Assembly: GCA_047638775.1 (NCBI GenBank)
Contig: JBLIMQ010000002.1
Span: forward strand, 60,697 to 124,696
Direction: 5' to 3'
Origin: Flavobacteriales bacterium
GTDB lineage: Bacteria > Pseudomonadota > Gammaproteobacteria > Pseudomonadales > Cellvibrionaceae
Length of the DNA stretch: 64,000 nt
The translations under genes were made by a program, and so were the position numbers. Under the pieces are notes generated by a model, which saw only the letters and a program-made list of their open reading frames with translations, did no database searches and had not been told where the DNA came from. This document shows positions 20,201 to 32,600 of the stretch, in pieces (position 1 is the first letter of the stretch; each line of letters opens with the position of its first letter).

Positions 20201-23200
20201 TTAATGTGTTCTGACGAGTTGATGAAGTTCTTGTAACGGGCGAACTTCCTGTTCTTTGCCAAAGCGTAAAGCCATACAAATAGCGTTAGCCGCGGCTAAA
20301 GTGGTTGTGTAGTAAACATGATTATTTTCCGCACTACGACGAATAGAGGCTGAATCCTTGGTGGCTTGCTTGCCTTCAGTTGTATTAATAATCAACTGTA
20401 TCTCACCATTCTTTATCATGTCGACTCCGTGAGGACGACCTTCAGCAACTTTATTTACCATTTGTACGTTAAGCCCGGCTTCTTCGAGTACTTTCGCTGT
20501 ACCGCGCGTAGCAACAAGCTTAAACCCTAGGTTTGCAAGCTCCTTACCTACTACTACAATGCCTTTTTTATCAAAATCGCGAACGCTTAAGAAGGCCATT
20601 CCCTCAGTAGGTAAGCGACTGCCGCCAGCCAACTGAGCTTTGGCATAGGCTTCAGCAAATGTGTCGCCAATTCCCATAACTTCACCCGTCGATTTCATTT
20701 CTGGCCCCAATATAGGGTCAACGGCAGGAAACTTATTAAACGGGAAAACCGCTTCTTTAACATTGATAAAGTCTGGAATGCGCTCTTTATCAAAACCTTG
20801 CTCGACAAGTGTTTTACCTGTCTGGCAGCGAGCAGCAACGGCCGCTAACGAAATACCAATACACTTTGAAACAAACGGAACTGTTCGTGATGCACGCGGG
20901 TTAACTTCAATAACGAAAATCTCGCCGTCTTGATACGCCAGCTGGCAATTCATTAAGCCAATCACACCTAGCTCAACAGCCATTTTACGCACTTGCTCAC
21001 GCATAAGGTCTTGCACATCTTCAGGAAGAGAATATGGCGGCAACGAACAGGCTGAATCACCCGAATGAACACCACACTGCTCGATGTGCTGCATGATTGC
21101 GCCTATAACAACTTGCTTACCATCAGAAACCGCATCAATGTCGACTTCAATAGCATTATTCAAGAAGTGATCCAAAAGAACAGGGGCATCTTCGGAAACT
21201 TTTACAGCCTCGGTCATATAGCGACGTAATTCTTTTTCGTTGTAAACGATTTCCATCGCTCGGCCACCCAATACATACGATGGTCGCACAACAAGTGGGT
21301 ATAAAACTTTTTCTGCCGCCATAACAGCTTGATCAACCGAGCGCACAATCGCATTACGCGGTTGTAACAACCCTAAGCGTTCAATCATCTGCTTAAACAG
21401 TTCACGATCTTCAGCACGATCAATGGCTTCTGGGCTGGTACCAATAATCGGCACGCCTTCAGCTTTTAATTCTCTGGCGAGTTTAAGCGGTGTTTGACCA
21501 CCAAATTGAACAATAACGCCTTTGGGTTTTTCTTTGTGTACGATTTCTAGCACATCTTCAAGCGTGACCGGTTCGAAATACAAGCGATCTGAAGTGTCGT
21601 AATCCGTAGAAACAGTCTCAGGATTACAATTAACCATAATTGTTTCAAACCCATCTTCACGCGCCGCTATGGCAGCGTGAACACAACAGTAATCAAATTC
21701 GATACCTTGACCAATTCGGTTAGGGCCGCCACCAAGAACCATGATTTTATCTTTATCACTAGGATTAGACTCACACTCTTCTTCGTAGGTAGAGTACATG
21801 TACGCTGTAGACGTTGAGAACTCAGCCGCACAGGTATCTACGCGTTTATACACAGGGTAGACGTTTAATTTACGACGATGATCCCGAAGCGTTTTTTCAT
21901 TTACGCCTAACAGCTCGGACAAACGCTTATCTGAAAAGCCTTTGCGCTTAAGCTTGAACATATAACTTGCGTCAATTTCAGATAGCGGCTTAGACGCCAA
22001 GCTATACTCTGTACGAATAAGGTCCGCTATTTGTACGAGGAACCATCGATCAATTTTAGATTGCTCAAATACTTCTTCAACGTTCATGCCCGCACGGAAA
22101 GCATCCCCAACGATCCAAATACGATCTGCACCGGGCGTACTCAAGTCGCGACGTATTTTTGCCAAACTATCATCTTCTTCAAGGTCGAGCTTAGGCTCAA
22201 AACCCGCCGAACCAACTTCTAAACCACGCAAGGCTTTCTGTAAACTTTCTTGAAAGGTACGACCAATAGCCATAACTTCGCCAACTGACTTCATCTGTGT
22301 CGTTAAGCGAGCATCTGCGTCACCAAATTTTTCAAAGGTGAAGCGAGGAATTTTTGTCACAACGTAATCAATACTAGGCTCGAACGATGCAGGTGTCGCG
22401 CCACCCGTAATATCATTTTGAAGCTCATCTAGGGTATAACCGACCGCTAACTTGGCCGCAATTTTCGCAATAGGAAAGCCTGTCGCTTTAGACGCTAACG
22501 CAGATGAACGCGATACACGTGGGTTCATCTCGATTACAACGAGGCGCCCGTCATCCGGGTTTACCGCAAACTGTACGTTTGAACCACCGGTCTCTACACC
22601 GATTTCACGCAATACCGCCACAGAGGCATTACGCATAATTTGATATTCTTTATCAGTAAGAGTCTGAGCCGGCGCAACTGTGATCGAGTCGCCAGTATGT
22701 ACACCCATAGGATCGAAGTTTTCAATCGAGCAAATAATGATACAGTTGTCGTTTTTATCACGCACAACCTCCATTTCAAACTCTTTCCAGCCAAGTAGAG
22801 ACTCATCGATTAAGAGTTCATTTGTCGGGCTTAAATCTAAACCACGCTTACAAATCTCTTCAAACTCTTCCCAGTTGTAGGCAATGCCACCGCCCGAGCC
22901 GCCCATAGTAAATGAAGGACGAATAATGACAGGAAAACCAAATTCAACCGGTACTTTACGCGCCTCATCAAGCGAATGAACAATATATGCACGGGCCGTT
23001 TCTAAGCCAATACGTTTCATAGCCTTATCAAAACGACTACGATTCTCAGCTTTGTCGATGGCATCGTAACTGGCGCCAATCAATTCGACATTGTGCTTTT
23101 CGAGAACACCATTTTTATGTAAGTCTAATGCGCAGTTCAAAGCCGTCTGACCACCCATAGTAGGCAATACAGCACTAGGCTTCTCTTTTTCAATGATTTT

Positions 23201-23425
23201 CTCTACCGTTTCCCAAGTGATCGGCTCGATATAGGTCGCATCGGCCATACTTGGGTCGGTCATAATGGTTGCAGGGTTCGAGTTAACCAAAATAACTCGA
23301 TAGCCTTCCTCGCGCAGCGCCTTACACGCTTGGGCACCTGAATAATCGAACTCGCAAGCCTGACCAATCACAATTGGGCCAGCGCCAAGAATAAGAATAC
23401 TACTTAGGTCGGATCTTTTAGGCAT
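20201..23425 (-). CDS. carB: Carbamoyl-phosphate synthase large subunit
   Basis: [15 protein letters not shown], two ATP-grasp domains, MGS domain. Confidence 0.99.
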   Translation of the reverse strand: MPKRSDLSSILILGAGPIVIGQACEFDYSGAQACKALREEGYRVILVNSNPATIMTDPSMADATYIEPITWETVEKIIEKEKPSAVLPTMGGQTALNCALDLHKNGVLEKHNVELIGASYDAIDKAENRSRFDKAMKRIGLETARAYIVHSLDEARKVPVEFGFPVIIRPSFTMGGSGGGIAYNWEEFEEICKRGLDLSPTNELLIDESLLGWKEFEMEVVRDKNDNCIIICSIENFDPMGVHTGDSITVAPAQTLTDKEYQIMRNASVAVLREIGVETGGSNVQFAVNPDDGRLVVIEMNPRVSRSSALASKATGFPIAKIAAKLAVGYTLDELQNDITGGATPASFEPSIDYVVTKIPRFTFEKFGDADARLTTQMKSVGEVMAIGRTFQESLQKALRGLEVGSAGFEPKLDLEEDDSLAKIRRDLSTPGADRIWIVGDAFRAGMNVEEVFEQSKIDRWFLVQIADLIRTEYSLASKPLSEIDASYMFKLKRKGFSDKRLSELLGVNEKTLRDHRRKLNVYPVYKRVDTCAAEFSTSTAYMYSTYEEECESNPSDKDKIMVLGGGPNRIGQGIEFDYCCVHAAIAAREDGFETIMVNCNPETVSTDYDTSDRLYFEPVTLEDVLEIVHKEKPKGVIVQFGGQTPLKLARELKAEGVPIIGTSPEAIDRAEDRELFKQMIERLGLLQPRNAIVRSVDQAVMAAEKVLYPLVVRPSYVLGGRAMEIVYNEKELRRYMTEAVKVSEDAPVLLDHFLNNAIEVDIDAVSDGKQVVIGAIMQHIEQCGVHSGDSACSLPPYSLPEDVQDLMREQVRKMAVELGVIGLMNCQLAYQDGEIFVIEVNPRASRTVPFVSKCIGISLAAVAARCQTGKTLVEQGFDKERIPDFINVKEAVFPFNKFPAVDPILGPEMKSTGEVMGIGDTFAEAYAKAQLAGGSRLPTEGMAFLSVRDFDKKGIVVVGKELANLGFKLVATRGTAKVLEEAGLNVQMVNKVAEGRPHGVDMIKNGEIQLIINTTEGKQATKDSASIRRSAENNHVYYTTTLAAANAICMALRFGKEQEVRPLQELHQLVRTH

Positions 23426-23524
23426 GATGTCTCAATATAAAGTTAAGCGTTTGTTACATAGCCGACACAGTTCACTGTATCGACCTTACTAATTAGTGAT
23501 GGAGCTAATAAGATCCTAGCAGGA

Positions 23525-24691
23525 TTATCTAGCGTCCATAAGTTCAATAAAGTGGTCAAATAAGCCGGCAGCATCATGAGGGCCAGGGCTCGCTTCTGGA
23601 TGACCTTGAAAACCGAACGCGGGCTTATCTGTAAGGTGAAGACCCTGAAGCGATCCATCAAATAGCGACTTGTGTGTTACTTCAATGTTTGCAGGAAGCT
23701 GATCTTCATCAACCGCAAAACCATGGTTCTGACTGGTAATCATTACCGTACCCGCTTTTATGTCCTGAACGGGGTGGTTGGCACCGTGGTGACCAAACTT
23801 CATTTTTTTGGTCTTTGCGCCACTAGCCAAGGCTAGTAGTTGATGCCCCAAACAAATACCGAATACTGGAGTATCTGTCGCTAAAATTTCCTTAATCGCC
23901 GCCACTGCATAGGTGCAAGGCTCTGGATCACCAGGACCATTCGATAAGAAAACGCCATCTGGATTCATCGCAAGAACTTCAGCCGCAGGAGTTTGAGCCG
24001 GGACAACCGTAAGCTCACAGCCGCGGTCGACTAACATACGCAAAATATTACGCTTTGCACCAAAGTCATAAGCCACAACTTTGTAGCGCTTACCTTCTGG
24101 TAGTTCACCAAAACCCTTGCCTAAAGACCAACTACCGCTAGTCCATTGTGTTGACTCTTTGCAACTAACGACTTTGGCAAGATCCATACCCTGCAGACCA
24201 CCAAAAGCCTTTGCCGCCGCAAGCGCCTTCGTTTCATCGACATCACCGGCCATTAAACAACCGCTTTGAGCGCCTTTGTCACGTAATATACGTGTTAAGC
24301 GACGTGTATCAATATCAGAAATCCCGACTATGTTCTTCTGCTTCAAATACTCATCGAGACTTAATTCATTGCGGAAGTTGCTAGCAATCAAAGGTAAATC
24401 ACGAATAACTAAACCGGCAGCCCAGAGTTCATCTCGCTCAGCATCTTCTGAATTAGTACCGGTATTACCGATATGCGGATACGTTAAAGTAACTATTTGT
24501 TTCGCATAAGAAGGATCGGTAAGAATTTCTTGGTAACCTGTAATCGCGGTGTTAAAAACAACCTCTCCGACAGATTGGCCATCCGCACCGATTGCTGAAC
24601 CGCGAAAAACACTACCATCCTCAAGAACTAAAATAGCGGGACGGTATGCGGGTTGTTCGGGTGCCAGGTCTGGCGCAAGCTCTGCAGACAA
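23525..24691 (-). CDS. carA: Carbamoyl-phosphate synthase small subunit
   Basis: [32 protein letters not shown]. Probable TTG start at 24691, 8 nt after GGAGG. Confidence 0.97.
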   Translation of the reverse strand: MSAELAPDLAPEQPAYRPAILVLEDGSVFRGSAIGADGQSVGEVVFNTAITGYQEILTDPSYAKQIVTLTYPHIGNTGTNSEDAERDELWAAGLVIRDLPLIASNFRNELSLDEYLKQKNIVGISDIDTRRLTRILRDKGAQSGCLMAGDVDETKALAAAKAFGGLQGMDLAKVVSCKESTQWTSGSWSLGKGFGELPEGKRYKVVAYDFGAKRNILRMLVDRGCELTVVPAQTPAAEVLAMNPDGVFLSNGPGDPEPCTYAVAAIKEILATDTPVFGICLGHQLLALASGAKTKKMKFGHHGANHPVQDIKAGTVMITSQNHGFAVDEDQLPANIEVTHKSLFDGSLQGLHLTDKPAFGFQGHPEASPGPHDAAGLFDHFIELMDAR

Positions 24692-24811
24692 GGATGTATC
24701 CTCCAAAATAAGTGGTTAGGCGCACGATAGTGCGCGGCGATTAAGGTGATATGTGTAGTCGAAAGCTTAGCTAAAGCGACTACCAAGCCTAAATCTTAGG
24801 TCGTAAGTTGC

Positions 24812-24846
24812 AAAAAAAGCGAGATGAATGCATTCATCTCGCTTTT
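24812..24846 (-). promoter_or_regulatory. carA leader attenuator/terminator hairpin
   Basis: Perfect 32-bp palindrome followed on the minus strand by T7-GCAAC. Resembles the carA leader terminator known in Pseudomonas. Confidence 0.75.
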
Positions 24847-24931
24847 CTTAAATTCGATAGCTGGACGTACTGAAGGCACTTATTTAGATGCCGCCTTCGT
24901 AGGCTGCAACGTCAAGTCGGTCCGGCGGCGA

Positions 24932-24961
24932 ATTTTATACAATTTAGGGGGGGTCTGTCCA
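24932..24961 (-). promoter_or_regulatory. Putative sigma70 promoter of carAB
   Basis: TGGACA-N18-TAAAAT upstream of the attenuator hairpin. Confidence 0.45.
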
Positions 24962-25424
24962 TCTAAGAGTGTAAATTTCAGGGTGCTGAGGCAATCTCAT
25001 CTCAACATCAGCCAATTGCACCAACAACTCGACACTTCATGCTTAATATAAGCAGAGATTAAGCATGATGATAGAATGCCCACTGAGGCCTGAAGTGCGC
25101 CATACATGAAACAACTCCAAAGCTACTGTCACAATTCGCACAAAATGATCGGAAGGTAAGCCGTTCCCTCGGACACTCCCTAATTCAGCCAACATCAGCG
25201 TAGCCACACAACAAGCCCCGAACACTACGTTCGCTAGCGTCGAGCCATAAATCACTTGAGGCTAGGGCAGCCTGATCTTCACTACTAGGTATAGTGGCAC
25301 CTGCCTATTACAAACACCGCCATCTAATCGCGTAATGATGACAACCTAAGATCACCCACTATAGAGCCTAACCTACATAGAGTCCTACGTACTTGCGAAT
25401 GGATGAATGGACACTAGTTACTCC

Positions 25425-26528
25425 CTACGCAGTTAAATCATCAAGCGCGAAATACCCCTTAGAACCATCAAGATATATTGCAGCACGATGGCCAAAAAGT
25501 ACGAGAGCCGCTGATACGCTGGACTTGGGTTGAGGGTCGCCTTTTATATACACCGTCGAGCCAATGGGGTGAAAACGATTCCAGTGATCGATTTGAGATT
25601 TAGCATCACCTAATTTAGCATCACCTATCTGTTCAGCCCTATCTAAATTCTCTGAAAGTCCAACCTCAACAAGGCTTCTCTCCCTTGGCGCCCGTCGAAT
25701 TTTTTCAATCATGCGAGAAAGCACCACACTGTCACCTAGCTCTTCAAAATCATCTACTCCAATATCTAGAATATATGATATCGATTGCAGCCACTTAACC
25801 GGTGAGGATATTTGCCGCACTAATAATGACTTAATTTCGGATTGAACATAAGGTCGTGCTGTAACATTTGAAATGACAGGAGTATTCAATTCAGAGAAGT
25901 TAAAAGACGAAATAAAATCCTCAAACTCTCGCCCAGCGCCGGCCATCTGTTGAGAATGAAATGCACCACTAGTATTTAAGGGTATAAATCGCGCCCCCAA
26001 TGAGCTGAATACAGATTCAGACTCTTGAACTTGCGTAGCATCACCCGAAATCACTGTTTGCATAGGCTCATTAAAGTTAGCTACATCGACATTCGACAAA
26101 GCCGCCACCGCCAACTGCTCTGCGACAGCGCTAGCCGGTAAGCCCAGAATTGCAGCCATGGCACCGCCTCGAGCCTCAGCCATCAATTCCCCGCGCTTTT
26201 TAACTAGGTGTAGGCCTTGCTCGAAGCTCAGCGCGCCAGCCGCATACAGTGCGTTGTATTCCCCTAGACTGTGACCCGCATAAACTTTTGGCGTAGGATG
26301 CCCACCCTCCAAATGGCGGTGGAAGTTTAAGACATTAACAACAAACAGGGCCGGTTGCGTATAAGCGGTCTGATTTAACAAATTATCAGGATCATCCATA
26401 CACAGTGCCGAAACTGAGTAGCCCAATATGCTATCCGCGATTTCCACAAGCGCCGGGTAAGCTGAAAACAAGTCGCCCCCCATACCTCGTGACTGAGAAC
26501 CTTGCCCTGGAAAAACAATCGCCTTCAT
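25425..26528 (-). CDS. Stand-alone malonyl-CoA:ACP acyltransferase (trans-AT) with a C-terminal extension
   Basis: FPGQGSQ, QPA, GHSLG (catalytic Ser), GAFHS (malonyl-type); GAGGA RBS; immediately downstream of the AT-less PKS. Confidence 0.93.
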   Translation of the reverse strand: MKAIVFPGQGSQSRGMGGDLFSAYPALVEIADSILGYSVSALCMDDPDNLLNQTAYTQPALFVVNVLNFHRHLEGGHPTPKVYAGHSLGEYNALYAAGALSFEQGLHLVKKRGELMAEARGGAMAAILGLPASAVAEQLAVAALSNVDVANFNEPMQTVISGDATQVQESESVFSSLGARFIPLNTSGAFHSQQMAGAGREFEDFISSFNFSELNTPVISNVTARPYVQSEIKSLLVRQISSPVKWLQSISYILDIGVDDFEELGDSVVLSRMIEKIRRAPRERSLVEVGLSENLDRAEQIGDAKLGDAKSQIDHWNRFHPIGSTVYIKGDPQPKSSVSAALVLFGHRAAIYLDGSKGYFALDDLTA

Positions 26529-26618
26529 ACAATCCTCAACAGCTTATAAAACTTTATTGACAAAAATAACGGCCATAAAACACCAAAAATAGTGGCCGTG
26601 CCGCTCACATTATAAATT

Positions 26619-29600
26619 TTACGCTTTAGATAAACCATCTGCATGACCATCAAGTGTGCCGTTAGACGGCCCGCCAATTAACTCGCTTAACGCTGCATAG
26701 TAGTAATCGATAAGGCGTGTAATTGTCGATTCAGTATGCAAGTTTTTGCTATACATAAGTTTAATCGTTAACAGATCATTCTCTATATAGGCTTGAACAT
26801 CTAGAACAGAGCCTCGCAACTGCTGAATCTCACCCACTTTCAATTGAGCCTTATCTGCATCCGTATCTCGTTGAATTTGACTCATATTGATCGGATCAAG
26901 ACCTTTTATTAATGAGCCGTCTTTCTCATAACTATCTTTTACACCAAGAAAGTTAAGCATTATCTCACACTCTTTGGCCCGCCCGATCAGCCCTGACTCG
27001 GTTAGAATTTCATCCGAAGACATCAAAAAATCGTGTAATTTGCTGGCCGAGTTTTTATCGCGATTAAGTTGATCAGATACAGATTTCAATTCATTATCAG
27101 CATTTGTTCCGCATAGATCGTTTTGAATCACATAGCGATTCACACGAGACAACCAGCCAATCATTCCGGTCAAATCAACTTGATCGTTAATTTCCGGATT
27201 TTCTCGACCTGCATCCATTAATGAAAACTGAAAGCAATTATCATTATTCCAACGATTGAGTACTCGGCTTAAACCCCACACCATGATATCTAAAATAGTC
27301 GCATTCGTGCGCTGCGCCACATCTTTAATCAAAGTTCGCGTCTCTAGCTCAGAAAAAATAAGAACTTTTTCACGTGAGGATTCGGCGTCATTCACCCCAG
27401 TAGAAAAATCTCGTGGGAGACAAGTTACTCCATCCCATGAATAATCACGCCAGCGCTGTTCCAACTCAACATCCCGACTTTGTTCATGCCAAACTCTATT
27501 TACTTCACTTGCATAATCTTTTGGCGACGACGTTTTTTCAGGAAAGAGAATGGGGTTTTGTGCGCTCATGCTCTTGAGAATATTGCCAAAACCTTCAATA
27601 AATAATTGCTGAGACGACCCGTCAATAACCAAATGATGAAAGACCATGGCAAACCGATAAGTTAACTCATCCCCTTCGTCGATCAATATAAACCGACATA
27701 ATTGCGAACCTAAAGAATTAACTTGGTTGTAGGCTTCTACAAGCGACGAAACCATCTGACGTTGCCGTGTAAAAACGTCACAAGTAGACACATCAAGAAA
27801 TGAAAACATATCCGCATCAATATCTTTACTGAAGCAGCTACGCCATGAATGATATTCTGATGATAACGCAATACCCTCAAAGAACTTCATCCTTAACCCG
27901 TCATGATACGTCAGCATTAAATTTACCGCCGACTGGATATCATTAACACTGAGCGTTTTATCTATCGCTAAATGCGTACTATTAACCCAATGGCTCTTTT
28001 TGTGCTGTTCCGAATCGAAAAACCAATACTGCACCAAAGATAAGGGAAATATTCCGGAAACCATTTGATCGTCAATTTCGTCGACACCAATAGAGCTATC
28101 ACGTCGCGATTCGATCAGAACAGCTAACTCTCGTATGGTTTGCGCACCAAAGAGCTCTGGAACTCCAAACGCAACACCCCACTTAGTGCTAATACGTGAC
28201 ACTAACGTTAAAGCGAGTAGCGAGTGACCACCTAAACCAAAAAAGTTATCCGTAATACCGAGTTCATCAATACCTAAAAGGTCTTGCCATATCTCGCATA
28301 ACGCCTCCTCCATAGTATTCGACGGCGCTACACGGTTAGACAACAAAGAAGGGCTCAACGTAGAAAGCGACCCAGTATGCGCAGGAAACACAGTATTCAC
28401 CCAGTAGCGAGAATCGTTAAAAACACTTCCCGGTAGGCCAATACGACGAACTCTATCACCGGCATCTGGATTGGGCCACTCTACATTAGATTTTGCGAGA
28501 TAATCAGAAACACATTGCGCTGTATCCACCTCAGTTCCCCATGCATAATCTTGTCCCGAATACGTAGCGATAGAAGGATCAAGGTAAGCTTCCGGGTTAT
28601 CGCAATACGAACTCAGCTGTTCAACCAGATCATTCAAACTTTCAACAAAAAATAATATTCGCTTAGACCATAGCTTTCGACCACGTTGGAGCGTGTAGCT
28701 AATATCGGCAATATCCAAATTGGTGTTATTCAGAAGATGATGATGCAAAACTTTCGCGCCGCCTAACAAACCCTCCTCTGTCGAAGCAGAAAAAGGAAGT
28801 AAAAATATTTTCCCGGTCCGCCGGTCCCGTAAGCGAACGTCGTCGCGATACTCTTCCAGAATCACATGAGCATTACTCCCCCCGTCACCAAAGGCACTAA
28901 TACCACAACGTAATGGCATTTCAATTCCGTCGCACTTATGTCGCCGCCAAGGGCTTAGCTCACGCTGCAAACGTAGGTGAGATTCTTCTAAATCAATATA
29001 TTCATTCAACTCATCCGCATGTAAACTCGGAACCAGAGTTTCATGATGCAGCTGCAATAAAGATTTAGTTAAACTCGCGATTCCCGCAGCGGCCTCCAAA
29101 TGGCCGACATTGCTTTTAACCGAACCAATAGCACAAGACCGGTTATCCAAACGCCCTTTAGGGCCAAGTGCATTCGTCAGGGCCAAAAACTCGATCGAAT
29201 CACCGAGTTTAGTGCCAGTTCCGTGCGCCTCGACGTAACTAATCGATTCAGGCTTAAGCTCAGCAGATGCTAAAGCTTTATTAATGACGGAAGTCTGCGC
29301 GCTGGGATTTGGAACACCATAACCGCTGGAATGCCCTGCGTGATTCGTTTCAACAGCACGAATAATCCCGTAAATCGTATCCTTATCTTTTTTCGCCTGT
29401 GCAACAGTTTTTAAGACGACCGCACCAACCCCTTCTCCGGTGACGTATCCGTCAGCATCATTGGCAAAACTTCGACAACGACCACCTGCCGCTAACGACT
29501 TAGACTGTATAAGAGCATCCTGCTTACTAGAATGTAAGTCAAGATTTACGCCACCAACCACCGCCGCTCGACATTGTTGGTTTTTAAGACCATCACAAGC

Positions 29601-32600
29601 CTGCTGCAACGCGCTTAAGCTTGAAGAGCACGCAGAATTCAAAGTGAAACTCGGACCCGTAAAGTTCATAAATGCCGACACACGATTAGCAACGCCATAC
29701 TGTGTGGCCAGACGTGATGACGACAAGCCATCTAACGAAAGCATATGATATTGGCTCCAAACCACACCCACATAAACACCGATTTCATTCGTACCCAACG
29801 TTTCTATTAGAGAGTCCGGATGATAGCCGGCATTCTCTATCGCGTGCCAAGCTGTCTCTAAAAATAAACGCTCTTGTGGGTCAATATCACAGGCATCCGC
29901 TTCACTGACATTGAAGAAGTTCGCGTCAAACTTATCGACATCATCTAGGTAGCCACCCCACAATGTATCCGAGTTGCTCGAGTCGAAACAAAGCTCCCTT
30001 CGACGCTTAGGCATATCAGTAACGCAATCAATGCCCGCCTGTAAATTATCCCAATACTCAAAGATATCTTTCGCTTTAGGGTAACGACCAGAAATACCGA
30101 CAACGGCAATAGCATCGTCACTAAGCGATTTTTCTTCGCGCGCATTATTAGATTCGCCTACCTCGTTTGATGAGTCGCTGTGTGACGATGACGACGGAGT
30201 GATTTTTGCAGATGTTTGCTTGCCGAACTCTGAACTCGCTGGTTTTAGTTTAGGTGTAGCCGCTTGTGATGAATAAGTGCCCGCCGTTAAATCACGAAGT
30301 GCGAATTTGGCCTTCATATAGCCAAAGGAGTTCTCTGGTTTTTCTAGCAACTTCAATTCAAACGTGGAGTCGGCTCTCGCTAAAGCATCAACTAGTCGTC
30401 GCGTAAACTCAAGAACATCACCATTACTCAAACCAACCGGAACAGCGATACGAATTACCCGATTAAGAATGGTGTTTTTCTGCATGCCTGCATTATGCTG
30501 CCCCACACGGATGCCAGTCTCTTGATATAGCCACGCCATAAAAGATGGAATCGCGTACTTCATTTGTGAAAAACCGTTTAAACGACTCAGATCAAGTAAG
30601 ACGCAATGCCCTCCTGCGGGCGCTAATACAGGAAAGTCGTTTTTAAACAATTCCTGCCAAACAGTTTCAACAGCGTCGACTCGCGCGACTACGAGTTTTT
30701 GAAAGTAGTGAGTATTGGACACGCTTTTAAGAAGCTGAGCTCTTTGCTCGGAATTCATTAAAACTTCATGTTCTTTCGCCACCACAGAGCTAGCCTGAAA
30801 TTGTTTTTGACTACGCATAGCGATAAACCCACCAAACGGGAGACAAAAATTCTTTGCAAAACTGCCGGATAAATAGTCGGCACAGTCACACAAAGACTTA
30901 ACGATATCGAGAAGACCCTGAGTATCAAAGCCGGTTTCGTTTCTACGTATAAACTCAGCATTGTCGACAATACGCGTTACGTCCAGCAAGAGAGGTATTT
31001 CGTATTTGTCAGCCAATGAACGAACATTCTTCAATTGAGACATAGAAATTGGGTGGCCGCCAGAAGCATTATTTCCCAGCTCCAGACACAACATACTAGG
31101 CCGACTGGACCGCTTAGCGAGCTCTACACTCAAGGCATCCAGATCTATACCACCACGGAACAATACAATGCTATTAGCATTAAACACTTCATCCAAGGGC
31201 ATTTCTATTGGGTTAAAACCGTTATCAATCTGATTAAATATCCACGTAGGGAAGAGTAGGTTCTGAATGACATCACCACGTTCTCCAATCCAAGAACTCG
31301 CGAGCACAGTTTCGGCAGACCGCCCAGACTGAGTCAGCACAAAGTGTTTAAAACCAAATATTTGCTGTAAACACTCATTAAGCTCAACATCTGAATACTC
31401 GCAAACTGCTTCAGAAATAACGGTGGTATGCGCCTGAATGTAAGCTGTATCGAGCTGTGCCCATGAATCCGTATAAGCATCAAATTCAATCGATGACGCA
31501 TCAAACAAACAGGGATTAAAGCCGGCTTGCTCTAATTCGCGCTTACGTTGCAGCTTATCGGGCCATACGCTTTTAGAGTTATCCGCAGCTATCGGTGGCT
31601 GTATTAAATCAACTGTAACGTTCGAGTTTACGTGTCTTGCTATGTCAACGGGAGGTATTGCCATCGAAGACGGTAGAGTTTGACGACCACCATGGTTATC
31701 AAGTGGATCGGCGATCATCATTAATAACGCTGTCACATTTGTCGGATCGCCACCGGCGGGCTTACATAAATATATAGGTGTATTTACGGTTCGAAATTTA
31801 TTTTTGAATTGTAAATTACCTTGGCTAAAGTCACCCGTTTCTCTTAGGTGATTCAAAATAGAACGGACACCTTCATCGGCGTTATCTGAAATAACTATTT
31901 CAGGCCCGTACGTTCCGCCCAGACTAAATACCGAACAACCTTCAGATGCTAGTAATTTAATAATTTCACTAATTGAATACTCTAGCCCACCGTAGACAGC
32001 ATCTTTAGGATAGAACTCCATATCCATCAAATAACCGCCACTCATTTTCGTGATCAATATGACATTGATAAGAGTGCTGTCTTTATAGCTTAAGAATACT
32101 CGATGTTGATCCGCTAGAATACCGCGTGAAACATCCAACTTCAAATCGTCAACACAGGGGTTAATTTGAGTTTTTATCTCACACCAACGATCAATCATAT
32201 TTACAATAGACGAATCTGTTTCCGAATTTGTGCCAACACGATATTCACGTACTTCATTTTCGCCTGAACGTTCAACTTTCTGAATCGCATAACGAAGACG
32301 ACGCATTGATTTACCCGCCAGGCTAAACTCGGAAATATTTTCTATTTTTTGTAATGCGCCAAAAGGTGTCGAACTAAACGTAACATCACCCACCAAGGAC
32401 AGTACCGAGGTCGATAAAAAATGAAGATCCGCTCCTTGAGACTTAGCGTAGGCCGTTAGTTCTAACACACTCGATTCAAATTCAGACTCAGGCCCTAGAT
32501 ATGGCCACGCCAAAATAAGAGAATCACGTATTTTCAATCGAAATAACGACAATCTACTTGTAGAGAAGAACACCAGGGGCGTCATGATGGATGCCGCGCG

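Noticed and set aside
25043-25255. 70-aa ORF downstream of the AT as a fourth cluster gene or RiPP precursor
   Set aside because: No convincing RBS, no recognisable motif and no double-glycine leader; probably spurious, though not excluded.
30290-31560. Stand-alone tryptophanase fused by a sequencing error
   Set aside because: The reading frame is continuous, with PKS-type linkers on both sides, and the DUF2156-lyase pairing has precedent in LnmJ.
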